Position numbers and translations under genes: made by a program. Below the pieces are notes generated by a model. The model did no database searches and was not told where the DNA came from. It was given only the letters and a program-made list of their open reading frames with translations. DNA of 63,783 nucleotides, filler included, from Bipalium vagum (lineage: Eukaryota), in the NCBI GenBank assembly GCA_037834085.1. It is 3 parts of 3 records of this genome, joined end to end, with 100 filler letters (N's around TTAATTAATTAA, not from the genome) between each part and the next. Parts side by side here need not be neighbours in the genome. Positions count along the whole stretch, not along the records: positions 1 to 27,310 come from JBBMKC010095887.1; positions 27,411 to 47,961 come from JBBMKC010250476.1; 1 more part is not named here. The stretch is one strand, 5' to 3'. Positions 26,588 to 41,100 of the stretch are shown here, piece after piece; the stretch's first letter is position 1, and the number at the start of each line of letters is the position of its first letter.

Positions 26588-27310
26588 AAACAATATTTTA
26601 TCAAAATGTAAAACATGGTAAGATTTATATTTAATTTACATAATAATAAAAATATTTTAATTTCATATGGATTTTATTAGATATAAATGCGCATTTTGTT
26701 TTACACGATTAATTTAATCTCAAAGTCATTAATTTTTAACTTTACTTTTGTAATATATATTATGCTAATTAAATTTAATGAAAGTCATCGCTATTAAGAT
26801 CGCTGCGCTCCTATAAAGCATTCCGCTAATTAAAAAATCACTCTAAGTGTAAATTATAAAAACAATTGTATAACATTAGAAATATTAAATTAACCTTGAC
26901 AAAAGACCAGCAGTGATATCGAAGTTCAACCTTTCATAAATTTATAAGTTATATATAATAGATGTTCTAATTTCTTAATTTTATTATAATAAAAGAAAAG
27001 AATTATTAATACGAAAAAGAACATAGGTAAACGATTTTAAAAAAATTTATTTTAATAACAGTGGTGGAAAATATTCAGTAAAGTCTTCTGAATTGGCCTA
27101 GATTGTAGTATATCATTTTCCACAAGTTCTTCTACCTGTGACATTGTCGATTTTATATTGGCAGAACCGTAAAAGTCTTTGTTGGAAAATATTTTTAAGA
27201 CAACTCTCAAGTTTGTCATCGCTTCTTTACTTGACCTGGATATTTTCCCACAAATAGCTGTCCATTGATGTTGTAGCTTTATTTTCATCATCATCCTCTT
27301 CACATGGAAC

Positions 27311-27410
27311 NNNNNNNNNNNNNNNNNNNNNNNNNNNNNNNNNNNNNNNNNNNNTTAATTAATTAANNNNNNNNNNNNNNNNNNNNNNNNNNNNNNNNNN
27401 NNNNNNNNNN
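27311..27410. other. Artificial contig linker 44N-TTAATTAATTAA-44N
   Basis: Exactly 100 nt; the spacer has stops in all six frames; identical structure at 47962-48061. Confidence 0.97.

Positions 27411-27478
<68 letters not shown>
27411..27478. repeat. (AAT)n microsatellite at contig start
   Basis: Direct observation. Confidence 0.95.
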
Positions 27479-27480
<2 letters not shown>

Positions 27481-27641
27481 TATTACTTATCATGAATTTA
27501 TTATTTTATTGTAGTTATCTTGTAAATAAATATTAATTTTCCAATTAAAGAAAAACGAAGAAAGAAATGAAGAAATCATGATTTAATGATTTAATATTTT
27601 TAAAGATGTTTCGATGTAATTATAAAATTCCTTATTAATAG

Positions 27642-30600
27642 GGAAGAAAAAAACAAAAGAATGCAGCAACAACTAGAAATTATGAGATTGGAAAAGGAAA
27701 CAGCTGAAAAAATAGCGGCTAAAGTTTTTGCACAAAGTTATTTAACAGATCTTGTACCAACTGTTTTCAGTACATTGGCAGACAATGGATACTTTTTTGA
27801 TCCTGTTGAAATGGGTAGTCACCATATAAATATATATTTTTTTTGATAACCATGATTACCTTTTATAGATGTTGAACAAGGATTTTTGCCTTGGTTAATG
27901 GATTCTGTGAATCAAGAATTGGAAAAGCAAAACGAAGCTCGCTTAATTCTGGATATTATAATTCGTGAGGTAGTTATTATTATTACCTAATGATTATTTT
28001 AAAAAATGCCTATGAAAATAAATTATCTGTATAATTTTTTTCTAAGTTTGACATAAAGGTCAAAATTACCTAACGCTGATAAATGAAAATAAATATATAA
28101 AAATTTAATAATATAATATAATTTAATATTTGAAATAATATTTTAATAATTTATATTCAAATTTAATATATTAGAATCTGTGAAAAGGTGTTTGAAAACA
28201 AAGAATAATAGAATGAATAAAAAAATAAATAGGCCAGGCTGAGTTTAAAGACACGTCTGTTTTTGGTTTCATTGAAAAAATAAAATAATAAAAATAATAA
28301 TAATAATAATAATACCAGAAATTAATAATGTTAGATGGGTTAGGCATAGAATCCAAATTATTCAGGTTTATTTAAGAAAATTTATTTACAAAAATGTAAC
28401 AAATATTTGATAAATATAAGCTATAAAATATTTTTATATTTTATTTTATATATTTATAAGTTTCAAATTATTTAAATATAAGTAATAAAAATACTCAAAT
28501 ACTTTATAAAATAATATTTACCGTGTACTGAGATTTTTATTCTTATTCAATGTAACTTAATTAATTTATCAATAAAATTGATAATTTATTTTACTATTAA
28601 TTTTCTAATATATGGATCAATTGTGAACGAAATTACTACGTCTTTCAATTTTATTTTATTTTTAAATCTTAAATAATCATGTTTCTGACTTATGACAATA
28701 ATATTATAAAAACTTATAAAATACACTGACTATTATTACAGAAGTAATAATGATAATAAATGCAAAAAGCTTGTAAATATCAGCATATTAAAATCATTGA
28801 AAATTATTATTATTATTTACTGTTTATATATATAAATATAATTTACTTTTTAGGCTGTAACACAACGTCATATTGAGTATCACAGTCTTCGAAAACAATC
28901 CGAGACTGAAAAACTAAACGTTGATGTCTCAATGGTACTGGAAGACCAAGTCATTTCTAATGAAGACCAGAAAATCATTGAAGTGAGGACAATATAAATT
29001 ATCATTTTTAATCAATGAAGCCTCAAAATTTCTAAGATGGTTGATAGAAATTGTGAATTACTCTTTTAATAAGTTGTTTCGATATTAATTTTGAGCAACG
29101 AATATACATAACATAATATACATAATTTTACATAACTCTAAAGAAAATAATCAAGTGGGGCTAAATCGCATGATCTTGGCGGCCAGTTGATTTCACTGTT
29201 TCGTGAAATAATTCTTTCTTTAAACTTCGATCTCAATAAAATGATTGTTTTCTTGGCTTTGTGACATGTGGCACCGTCCTGTTGGAACCACATGTCGTTC
29301 AAATCCATATCGGCCAATTGTTGCCACAAAAATTCACTTATCATTGTTCGATAGCGTCTCCGTTTACCGTACATGTTTTAACATATTCGTTTTCAAATAA
29401 GTAAGGTCCAATGACGCCACCAGCCCACAGACTACACCAAGCAGTAACACGTTCTCGATAGATTGCCTTTTCGATTATTTCTTTAGAATTTTCACTACCC
29501 CAGATGCGACAATTTTGTTTGTTAACATACCCATTAAGATGGAAATGGGCTTCATCGCTGAAAATGATTTTCTTCAAGAAATCTTTATCAATTGACTTGT
29601 TTTCAAGCACCCACTCAACAATTTCTCGACGCTGCATATGATCCGCTGGTTTTAATTCCTGCGTCAATTGTATCTGGTACTGTAAATCATTTTTAAAATT
29701 CTCCACGCAGTTGTTTTGGAAATGCCTCAATGCTGCAAACGGCGTGGAATTGATATTCTTGGATTTTCAAAAACACTTTCTCGAACATTGGCAATGTTCT
29801 TAACTGAACGACATGGTCTGGCAAGTACAGGCGATGCAATATTTTGTACTGAACCAGTTTCCTCAAATTTCTTGATCAAATTATGAATAGTGTTCTCATG
29901 AGGACGATTGTGCTGACCAAATAAGACACAAAGTTTCCGAAATGTTTCTTTGATTGAGCTTGAATTTTGATAGTAGGTTTTTATTATTTTCACCCGATCT
30001 TATATAGAATATGATTCCATGCTAAAAATTGGCGTATATCATATTTATTATATAAATAAATAAAAAAATCAATAAATTTATTAATCATTTGGCTGATATA
30101 CTTTATAAACATCCTACATACCTTATTGGATAACCCTGTATATTGAAAAAAATTAAGATTGAGATAGTTTTTATCAAGTAGTTTATTAGAGGAAAAATTT
30201 GACGAGACTTAATCTTATATTTGCCTGATAAACCAGGAAAGTTTTATAAAAGATTTTGGATCATGTTTTTTTTGACTGACTCGGTCAAAAAAACATACTT
30301 GACGACGATATTGTAACAAAATACATATTAAAAATATCCAAAAATTATCTTTAACATTTAAAGTTAAATTTTAATAAAAGCAAATTTCTTCGAATTAGGA
30401 TCTTCTTGAAAGTTGTTTCTAAAGAATTAACAAATGTTTGATTTTTATTTAGAACGAAGAACAAGAAGCACCTGTTGAACCTCAGGTAATTGCAATTGAG
30501 AAAGATCAGGAAGAAAATAAGGTTCAAGAAGTAGATGAACCCGAAACACCGAATGAACTATCTCAGATATATGAAGAAAATGCCGAGGAGGTTAATAGTA

Positions 30601-30650
30601 ACTTAATAAGTTAAATTCATGATATATTTCTTTAGGAAATGGAAAAATAA
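27642..30650 (+). CDS. RSPH3: Radial spoke head protein 3 homolog, 3' portion (5' exons absent from this segment). Exons 27642-27814, 27869-27969, 28854-28982, 30453-30590, 30636-30650
   Basis: EKETAEKIAAKVFAQSYLTDLVPTVFSTLADNGYFFDPVEMDVEQGFLPWLMDSV...ARLILDIIIREAV matches the RSP3 C-terminal conserved block, followed by an acidic tail. Phases consistent. Confidence 0.9.
29050..30138 (-). mobile_element. DD41D (rosa-type) Tc1/mariner transposon, frameshifted and 3'-truncated, in an RSPH3 intron
   Basis: 5' end TA-CAGGGTTATCCAATAAGG. ORFs 29993-29727, 29730-29341, 29374-29138 carry FSDEAHFHLNGYVNKQNCRIWG and FQQDGATCH...WPPRSCDLAPLD (41-residue spacing). Confidence 0.93.
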
Positions 30651-30778
30651 CTAGATAATTGATCTTTACAATATTTTTCTTAATTGTATCAATTTCTTAT
30701 TAATAAATTGATGTCTTCATTAAATTTTTTTTAAAAAGATAATTTTTATGATATTAGATTTATAGAAAACGAAAATAT

Positions 30779-30916
30779 NNNNNNNNNNNNNNNNNNNNNN
30801 NNNNNNNNNNNNNNNNNNNNNNNNNNNNNNNNNNNNNNNNNNNNNNNNNNNNNNNNNNNNNNNNNNNNNNNNNNNNNNNNNNNNNNNNNNNNNNNNNNNN
30901 NNNNNNNNNNNNNNNN
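30779..30916. other. Assembly gap (138 N)
   Basis: N run without spacer. Confidence 0.97.
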
Positions 30917-31039
30917 GATAAATAGCTGGACTATGCAGTTGTAATATATGTAACTTTTTGACTAAATTACTTATAACATACTGCTGGTTTTTTCTTCGTT
31001 TTATTACAAATATCGAGTTTTAATTTTTGCATATACTCT

Positions 31040-31640
31040 TTAGGGATGGTGTCTCCAACCCTTGGTCACGAAAATAATACCCAATCTGAGTTTTTAGACT
31101 TGGTAGTCATGAAAAAAATTCAAAACATGATTATGTAACTCTGGTTGTAAAAAGTTTTGTAATACATCCATATAGTGATTGATGTTGACCATTTGTATTT
31201 TACATTGCTCATCTTTGAAGAAATAGTCCTAAATAAAACTTTAGAGTTGTCATCCATTGTGAGTAGAAAGATAGATGAAATTTGGAATGAATGTATTATT
31301 TTCCCCAATAACGACTGTTATTAGTGAAAATGCATTTAAATGAAAGTTTTTTGAAAGTCGAATTTTTAACTATTATTCTTCAAGTAATATGCAAATCCAA
31401 ATCCACTTATCTTAGCTAATCTTTCTCACAACTGAGATTTTTCTCAGGCGCCATCACCAAAGAATTTTTCAGTTTTCTTTACGTTTTTTACGTTATCCAA
31501 ATCTCTCAAATTATTAATTATAGTGGTTTTATGTGGTACATGTTTTCCATAATAAAACTACAATTGTCTTTGAACTTAAACATCAAACGAGTGGCTTATA
31601 AGCCACTGTTTTGAAAATTTGCATGGTTGCATATTTAAGA
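31040..31640 (-). mobile_element. Decayed Tc1/mariner (DD41D-like) relic
   Basis: Fragments YYGKHVPHKTTII and VNINHYMDVLQNFLQPEL, many indels. Confidence 0.5.
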
Positions 31641-32418
31641 TTTACACCTGATTGATCGACATAACAACTGAAAGTAATTTACACAAGTAACTTTAAAAAC
31701 ATTCAGATTATTTAGTCTCACAAAATCTTTATAATTCTTCAAAAACTTATCATATTGCTATTTAGGTTCTTAATATCACATTTCTTAAAATTTAAGACAC
31801 TTAGCTTCACAAATCTTTATGGATCATCAAACAGGTACTCATACACAATTAATTGGAAATTTGTAGATGAGGTTTTAGCACTTCCAAATATCTAATTCTT
31901 ATAGAAATAGATAAAATTTGAATAGGTATATTGCCGAATTTATATTCAAAAGGATATATATATGTACTCTGATATTTGATCAATTGGTGTGCTCTTCAAC
32001 TTCCTGAAAAGTGATATTGATAAAGAAAAATATAAAGACTCGGATATTGTATTATAATAAAATTGTCTTATATTTAACCTTAACCGATATTTATGTTGCT
32101 TAAAGTAAAAATAAAATAAACATATACAGAAAATCATTTTCCACGAGAAGCAAAACCTCGATTTTTCAAAAATGTATTAGTGGCTCACAAAAATAAAGTT
32201 GTGGAACTCAGAAACTAGATCATTTTTATCTAATTAATATATAAAACACATAATCCCCGGTATTTTATTATAAATTACTTTGAAACCTTCGAATTTAATT
32301 TTGTTTTAGTCTTTATTTAAATGAAATCATTAAAATGAAAATTTCAATTTATATTGTTAAAATTAACAAATCCCTATTACAAATAATGTTGTATTAATAA
32401 GACACATTCCATATCAAC

Positions 32419-32852
<434 letters not shown>

Positions 32853-33429
32853 TTTTGAAATGTTACAACTAGTAAAAATGTTCTACTTTAAATAATTATT
32901 ATTTTATTAATTTCTAAAATCCAAACTTTATTTACTAAATTAAATCGCTTATTTATTAATAATTTTAAAAATTTGTTTAACATGAAGTTAGTTAAACAAT
33001 AACTAAAATATCACTTATTTTTAAATTCAATTTAATTTTCAAATTATAATTGAAAATACGAAAATTAATTACATTTTTAAAATAAACTAAAATTTGATGA
33101 AAATATTTTAAAACTATTAAAGTATCATCCAAATCTTACTTTAAAAAACTAACCTATCTTCCATATGGGGATTATTAAAATATAATTAAGCTTGTTTTCT
33201 TTATTAATAAATAATAATTATTACTTAGTTTTTTATTCTATAACCAATTACTATTTTTTAGTTATTACTTTTAGGATTACACCAAAGTTTAAATAATTAG
33301 TATTTCTATTAAATATTATCTAAAAGTATCGAATTTGTAACAAATTATCAAATATTTATTTTTATATAAAGTAAATTTTGGTTTTCATATAATTATTAAG
33401 AAATTCAATTCGTTTAATTAATATATTTA

Positions 33430-34868
33430 GTTACAAATCTTAATAGTAAGAACAGAAACACTTCGGCTTTCGTCTCTGAGAGACTTTTGGCAAAATTAAT
33501 ATAGAATTTATATTTTCTCAAAATAGAAAAAAGTGATAAATTATTAGCTCTTAGTAAGTGATCGATTATTTCTTGGTGCTTCTAATTCGAGAATATGAAA
33601 GTAACTGGTGTGAAGATGGAAAAATTAAAGCCACGAGAATTGAAATTAAGAAAAGTGCTGTTGTGAAGTTGAGGTAAGTAATCTCTGTGAGTGTCTAAAA
33701 ATTGTTTGATTAACTTTTAGTGTTATGAATGGTGTCTTCTCTATGCTTTAATATACAGTATTGTGGTGGTACCAATTTTCTATTGTTTTCAAATTTGATA
33801 AAATTCTATCGCTTATCTTTGTGGTAGAAAAACTGGTCAAATTTTATCTAAGTAAAGTAATTCTTAGATCTTCTTTCCGCCTTTTACATTAATGAAATAA
33901 AGAAATTCCCTAAAAGTTTCAGCTTCAATATTTAAAAATTATCCAGTCCTCAGATTTTCAGGAAACTTTCTCACTGGTTTCCTTTTTCTGATTTATTGAT
34001 ACTTTTTCAAAAGAATTGAATTTCTTTTTTCTCGAAATTCTGATAATCTTTTCTTATTTTATTAAATAAAAATAATTATATTACAACAAATATGTTACTA
34101 TATTACTTAGCCGCAGTAACGTGCGCTCGTATGCTCTTGAGTCCTCACTTTTTATAAGACGTTGTGTCCTTAACTCAACTCAATCCTATCGAATCAAGAC
34201 CCCGACAATAATACTATATATGCACCCTAAGAACTGAATCAAAACTCTTTCATTAAAAATTTATTGACCAAAAACACAATCACAATATCAATCAACACGA
34301 GAAGTCTCAAAGTATGTCCAATAAATAATAATAAAATAAATACACTACTATTAATGAGATGAAAGAAAAAGAGAATCCCAAAGAGAGAAGTTCATGAGAA
34401 GTAACACCAGAAATAAGCACAAACAAAATAATAAACTGTCTTATCAAGAGCAACAAGGGGTCCCCAGGTCGCATAGGGATTCCCAAGCTCACTGGATCAC
34501 TTTGCAAAATCCTTCTGCAAAGTCATATCCACTTGAAAATTCCTTGATATCCTCTCGTCGATTCGTAGTCTTTGTGAATTCGTAGTTTCCTGATAGATGA
34601 TCCCTTGAATTAGCGTTCTCCGTTGGCGTTCTATCGTTCTCTGATCTGATGTCCTAGCGTTTTGGGCAAATATACGGGAATAGCTGTCTCTTTATATAGT
34701 CGTAGAGATTGGTCTACGATCACAAATCTCTACGTTTTGAGACGGCTATTTCAATCAATAACCCGTAATTGCTATATCTGTCTCCACGCCGAGTCAGAAG
34801 AATTTAGTAACTCCAACGACGGAGTACTATTTCCATAATTAACCTCGACGCCGAGGTTAATTACAACA
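33430..34868. mobile_element. Two adjacent putative solo-LTR-like segments (about 33430-34088 and 34093-34868)
   Basis: GC-richer non-coding blocks beginning (A/T)GTTAC and both ending TTACAACA. No target-site duplication confirmed. Confidence 0.4.
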
Positions 34869-35199
34869 CTCATTATTTTTATTTTTATTACTATTGTCAC
34901 CACTATTATTATTATTATTATTATTATATCTCAACAGATAACATTTTTATATAAAAATAGGAATTTATTTTATAAACATTCAATATTATAACTATATTAT
35001 ATTTCCAGATTTTTCTCGTAACGATTAGCATGAATTATTAATAAGTAAAAGATAAATATATTCTTTCAATTATAAAACTAAAAGTTTATAGCAAAATATG
35101 AAAAGCAATTTTAATATCTTTTCAATATATTTAAAAAAATATTTATCAATAAATCCCAATCATATTTGACTTTTAGAATAAGAAATAAAAATTTAATAA

Positions 35200-38100
35200 T
35201 CAACTGAAATAAAGTCGTTTTGGTTGAACAGGTTCCAAATAACAGAACGGACATCGTATTAGTTTTTCAGAGCATATTTCACATATTGTATGACCACAAT
35301 CGAAAACGGTATCCACTTCTCTATCTAAACAAATTGCGCATGTCTGAATCGAGAATATCATATATTGTAAAAATTCATTTCTTACCATCTTTTCTACTGC
35401 AATAATCTCTTCTTTTACAAAGCTTTCTTCATTAACATCAAAAGTATTCTCTTTATTTTTAGGTAATATCTCAGTGTCATTTTTTGTACGGATTCGAGAG
35501 GAAAATTTAACCATTTCTTCTGTCATTGATTTATCATTCCAGATATTTTTTTCATTAATAATGATTGTTCTTATTGCCTTTAGAAATTCAGCATGTTGAC
35601 TTTTCTGGACAAAAGCTAAAATATATTTTACATAGGAAAGGTGATAATTACATCTTTATTGTTAGATATTTTCTCGAATAGCTGTGTTAAAGCAGTACAA
35701 CCATCATTGTCTTCATTATCCAAATCCTCAGTTTCCAAAATCAAATGCTGCATACTGTCTATTGATTCAGCTTCAATAGCAACTTGCAAAGGAGTCTGGT
35801 TTCTGTGATTTTTAAAATTAATATATTTTTTACAATTCATATCTGATTCAATGACTTTCTGACTAAAATTGAATTTTTTCTCTTTAAATAATTTAGTTAA
35901 GAGTGTTTCACCATTATCGAAGCATTGAGGGTTGATGACTGAAATATTTAGTAAGCACTCAAAACTATCGATAGCATTCAAGTTTGCTAAATGATACAAC
36001 ACATGTTCTATCACAGACTGCTGAACAACAGCATCGGCATTGATAACCAAAAATTTTAATAAATTTAATTGGTTATGTGACTGAACCTTTTGTATAATAT
36101 CATCAGTAATATACGATTTCAAAAAGTCCTTAGAGATCGAATTCAATAAAATTTCACAAAAGTTCCAAAATTTCTTATTTATAGCAATTCGTATTATATT
36201 TTCATCTATTCTCAACAATCTATTCTGTGATGGTAAGAGGGCTAGTAGCAATCTAAAATTATTTTTAAAAAATTGTCAATAATATTGAATCTCAAGAGAA
36301 AAGAAAGGTTACTCACCTTTCACAATTAAACCTTGAGACGTTTTGGAAAATAAAATGTTCATTAAGATCACATTCGGACTGAGTGAACAAGTTAATTATT
36401 TCAATAATTTTTTCAGGATTCTAAAATTACATTAAAAAAAGCAAATGAATAAAAATATAACATTATCAAATATTTCTTCATCTATTTGGGAAAGTAATGC
36501 TGACAGAGGCGTAAAACCCTTTTTATTCATAAAATCGACTTTTCCACCAGCCTGCATAATTACATCGCAAAGTTTATAATCTAATAGCATAACAGCTAGA
36601 TGAAGTAGAGAATTTCCTTCACTATCACAACAATTAGCCTTTTTTGTATCCAATTCTTCAAGGAAACATGGATAAATTGTCTCATTTATTTTCAAACACA
36701 AGGACAAAGGATTTTCCCGATTAGAAATTGGAAAACGACTTGTCAAAAGTTTATCACCTAATTGATTATATTATTGATGTCCAATAATGATAAGTGTGAA
36801 AGTAGATTTATGATAATTTTTCAGGGATTATTTCAAATTTAAATTTTAGTTAGAAATATTTAAGAGTTACAAACTATTTAGCAAGTTTCATATTTATAAA
36901 CTGAAAAACTTAGATTTTTAAAAAGAAATACAGTGCGACACAAATTTATTTACGCACCAATAAAATGTGCAACTTTGTCTGATTATAGGAGGGTAAGTTG
37001 GTCCAATGTAATTATAATCAATACGGTACTGTTAACATGCTAATGTCAAATGTCTATTATGAAATTCTTTATAAAATAGTAACTTAGTAACGAGATTAAG
37101 CGAATGGTGGTAAAAATCGACACAAATTTATTTACGCACTTATACAATTTGAAGTTTTATTCAAAATAAAAGACAAAAATATGTAAAATTTTATTGCTAA
37201 AACTTTGTTGAACATTCATGTAAATAAATAGTTTGATAAACTCTATCTGGTATTGAATTTACCAGGCTTTCTAAAATACTTTTCTTGATGCCTTCCCAAC
37301 AACGAATAACTGTCGATTTCAGCTCAGCAAATGTGTTGAATTGATTTCCACTGGCGTAAACACGACGGGCAAGTATTCCCCACATATTATCTATCGGATT
37401 TAGATCCGGCGATTACTGTGGTCAAGGCATAACTGTAATATTTCTCTCCTTCAGTCATTGTAAACTGGACCAGGCAACATGGCATCTACAGTTATCTCTT
37501 CACCGAAATCATTCAAAAATGTCAGGAGATGTTCTGTTAAGTGTTGCTGATATTCCCATTGATTTTGGTTTCCTGAAACTATGGCAAGACTTGATTTACT
37601 GTAGAAATTAAAGTATGCCAAAATCATGAGGAAACCACCACCAGTGTGCCTCTTATAAAAAGCTAGCTCATCCTTTTTTAAATCATACCAATAGTAGGCA
37701 AACCCATCTGGGCCATCAGAATTGAACTTCTTTTCGTCGCTCCAAATGACATATTTCCATTCTTCACTCCATGATACCTTGTTCTTCGCCCATTTCAATC
37801 TTTTAATTTTATGATCTGCCTTAAGAAGTGGTTTTGTCAACATCTTTCGGTAAGTAAATGTATTCGAGTTCTTTAAAACTCTTCTGACAGTCTCTCTAGA
37901 CACATTTAAACTCATTTCTCTTTTCAATTTTGAGATTGATGTGGCTTTATTACTGATACTGGGAATTATTAGACGCTCTGTGGAAGGGGAGAGCTCGGGT
38001 ATTGGTCCACATTTCCTTATTTTTTGGCTTTTATTTTTTAAATAACACCTAATGGCTCCTTCACTTCTTCCAATCTTGCTTGTTATCCATCAATTCGACT

Positions 38101-41100
38101 TGCCACATTCTTTATAGGCATCGATCATGCCTTTTTCATTTTGACTCATTTCCCTTACTTTTGGCATATTTTTGAAACATGTATTAAATTATTATATGTA
38201 CAAAATTATTTAATTTTATAAAAGACATGACTTACTCTTAATGTTTCAAAAAAAATTATTAATTGGTTAAAAATTGATAAAACATATAACTTTAAAATAT
38301 GTGCGTAAATATGTGTCAATATAAATTGGACTATTTTAACAAAAATGTATTTAATTTGATTTCACTTAATAAATTATAATTTTTTTGAAAATTGTATTCA
38401 GATATAGTATTTATATTAAACCATTAATAAAATATAAATTACCATGTAAAAAATTAAATTAAATAAACTTTGATTGATTTCTTTGAGTGCGTAGATAAAT
38501 TTGTGTCGCACTATATTTTGTGATAATGAAATATTTAAAAATAAAGTCATTTTCAAATAAAAAAGAATTACTGAAATACCTAGATTTTCAAAAGAGTATC
38601 CAAGAAACTGAAAATATAGGAAAACAATATGAATAACAAGAAAATATTATCATAAAAATAAGGTGGTTTCAATATATTTACGTTAATATTGATATTTCAT
38701 ACTTGTAAATATTATCTACCAAAGAAACATTTATTTTTTCATTAAGAGATCTTTGATGTTATATATTTTTCTTTCATAAAGATATTGGTCTGGAAACCAA
38801 TTAATTGTACAATTTTTATTGATAAGAAAATACAATGAAGCAATGTAGAAGAAAGTCATATATCCATTATAATATTGTGGAGACTACTCCTAGGCACAGG
38901 CAAATCGAAAAACAATTGAGTATCAATCCGAACTTTAATAAACTGTGACCTGTATCCCTTTAATGTAAATTCGAACTTGGTGAACTTTGTGATCTAAATT
39001 TGAATGTCATTCTTTTAATTCTTTATGTGATCCTCAAACCCTTACTGTATTTTGTTCACTATTTAGTGTATCAAATTTAAACCTGATTCCAAATCTTAAA
39101 TGGTGCAAATAAAAACAATCAGTAAAGCAACACTTGTATTTATACCACACACACAAAAATAAAATACGCGGAATTACAAAAGATAATGCAAGAGCCTAGG
39201 ATCAGACTTAGTGTTTGAAATGTTACACAACCCTTACACTATCGGATCAAGCACAACACAAATATCATTGCAAAGAATAAATCAAATGTAATGTTTAATC
39301 GAATATATTAATCATCAATTATAGTACGAATGAATTAATCGAATTCAATAATAATCAAATGTTAATTAAGCCAAAATGTTAAAATTAAAAAAAAATACTT
39401 ATTAGTCAATATTTACTTAGAATATGAAAAATAAACAAAAAGGAAAAATCTTACAGTTTGTTCCTTTCCTTAAAACTCCCGAGTTATCGTCCGAGCCCTA
39501 ACGGTTGCTCACCGATAACTCTCTGGTGGGAAATTTTAGGCATGGCCAAATCATAGGACGGAAAATATTAATACTTGGTTCATGGGGTTTCGATAGGCTT
39601 CTTCCTTTGACGAATATTCTCGATAATCCTTTATCGTCGGCTGATCTCGAATTTCCTTCAATAATCCTTTTTTATTATATTTTCCTTCTGTCCGTTTCAA
39701 CGAATATCTTCTTTGTATCAACTAATAATGTTTTCAAATTATTCTGTCTGTTCTCTGAGGGGTGAAAATCTACTGAAATCCTTTTTCTTATATACTGTTT
39801 GGGACTGATCTTCATTTGGGAAATATTCTTGAGATATTCTTAAAATTGTACTTAAAATTCTAAAAATTTTATCAAAATTCTAAAATTCCCTAAAAATTAT
39901 TTTATTATGATCCTTAATATTTATTAAAATACCTCTTTTAAGCTTCTTAAAAAAATATAATTATTTTTAGAGGGTTATTTTATTTTCTAAGTATTTTCAA
40001 ACTAAAATTTCTGGGAATTCTTAAATTACTTAAATTATTAATAATATTAATTTTAGTAGTAATATTTATATTTTATTTATGGTTTTATTACTTATTTTTC
40101 TCCGGGGGGTGTCTTAGGTAAACCCAACAATTTTATATTTTCGAAAATGCATGTTACACCTTTACTGTGTATAAATTTTATATTTTTGAATATGTAAATG
40201 ATTCGATTGTCAAATTCCGGACTGGAAATAAATAAATTTCAATACAAGTATTTAACTAGTAAAATATACTTCATTTTCATAAAAATAATGAATAAATTAA
40301 AATAATTATAAATTTAGAAAGTGATAAAATTATTACTAAAAAAATATTAACAAAATTAATTAAATAATAAAGATTCAATAAATATAAATAAAAACTATTT
40401 TTTAAACACAACAGAAAAAAAATAATAACAAAGAATTGCTTATTCAAACGAAAAAGAAAAGCTCATATTACATAGAACAAGAACCAATTGTCAAGAAGCA
40501 ATTCGAGCATTCAATTCCTATAGAAGAAAATTAATCATTACGTTGAAAACTCAATATAGACTATTAGTTCAAAAAGTATATAAAAGACGAGAAGATTTTA
40601 ACGAAGAAGAAGAAACTAAAGAAGAAAAGCAATTGAGATTAAAAACCAAAGAGATACTAATAACATACAGCTCCTTCATAATCCGATTCAGGTACTCACA
40701 GAGGAAACCAAACGCTCAACATCCAAGGTTCTTATCATCAAAATTAATTCCGGAGTTCCGCGATTCAACTTCAGCCAAATACATTACCAGAAATTAATTT
40801 AATATTTACCATAGAAATAGCAATTTGATTTTAAATTGCGTATTTCGAACACTAATTTGATTACAAACTAGAATATAATTATGTAAATTAAAAACCGATA
40901 GAATAATTGGATAGATCCTTAATTATTCTGTCATTATCAATTTTAATTTTTGTTTTTCTTGATATCTTCTATTTTGCTGTCTCTACGCCTAGTAAGACGG
41001 AGAGGCGCTTTTTTAATCAAGGGTTCTTGAGGCTAAGATAGCGAAGAGCGATCTAACTTCTTTCCAAACTAACTTCTCCGGGATTTGACAGTTAAAACAT

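Noticed and set aside
27355-27366. TTAATTAATTAA palindrome as a biological motif
   Set aside because: Artificial spacer embedded in N runs
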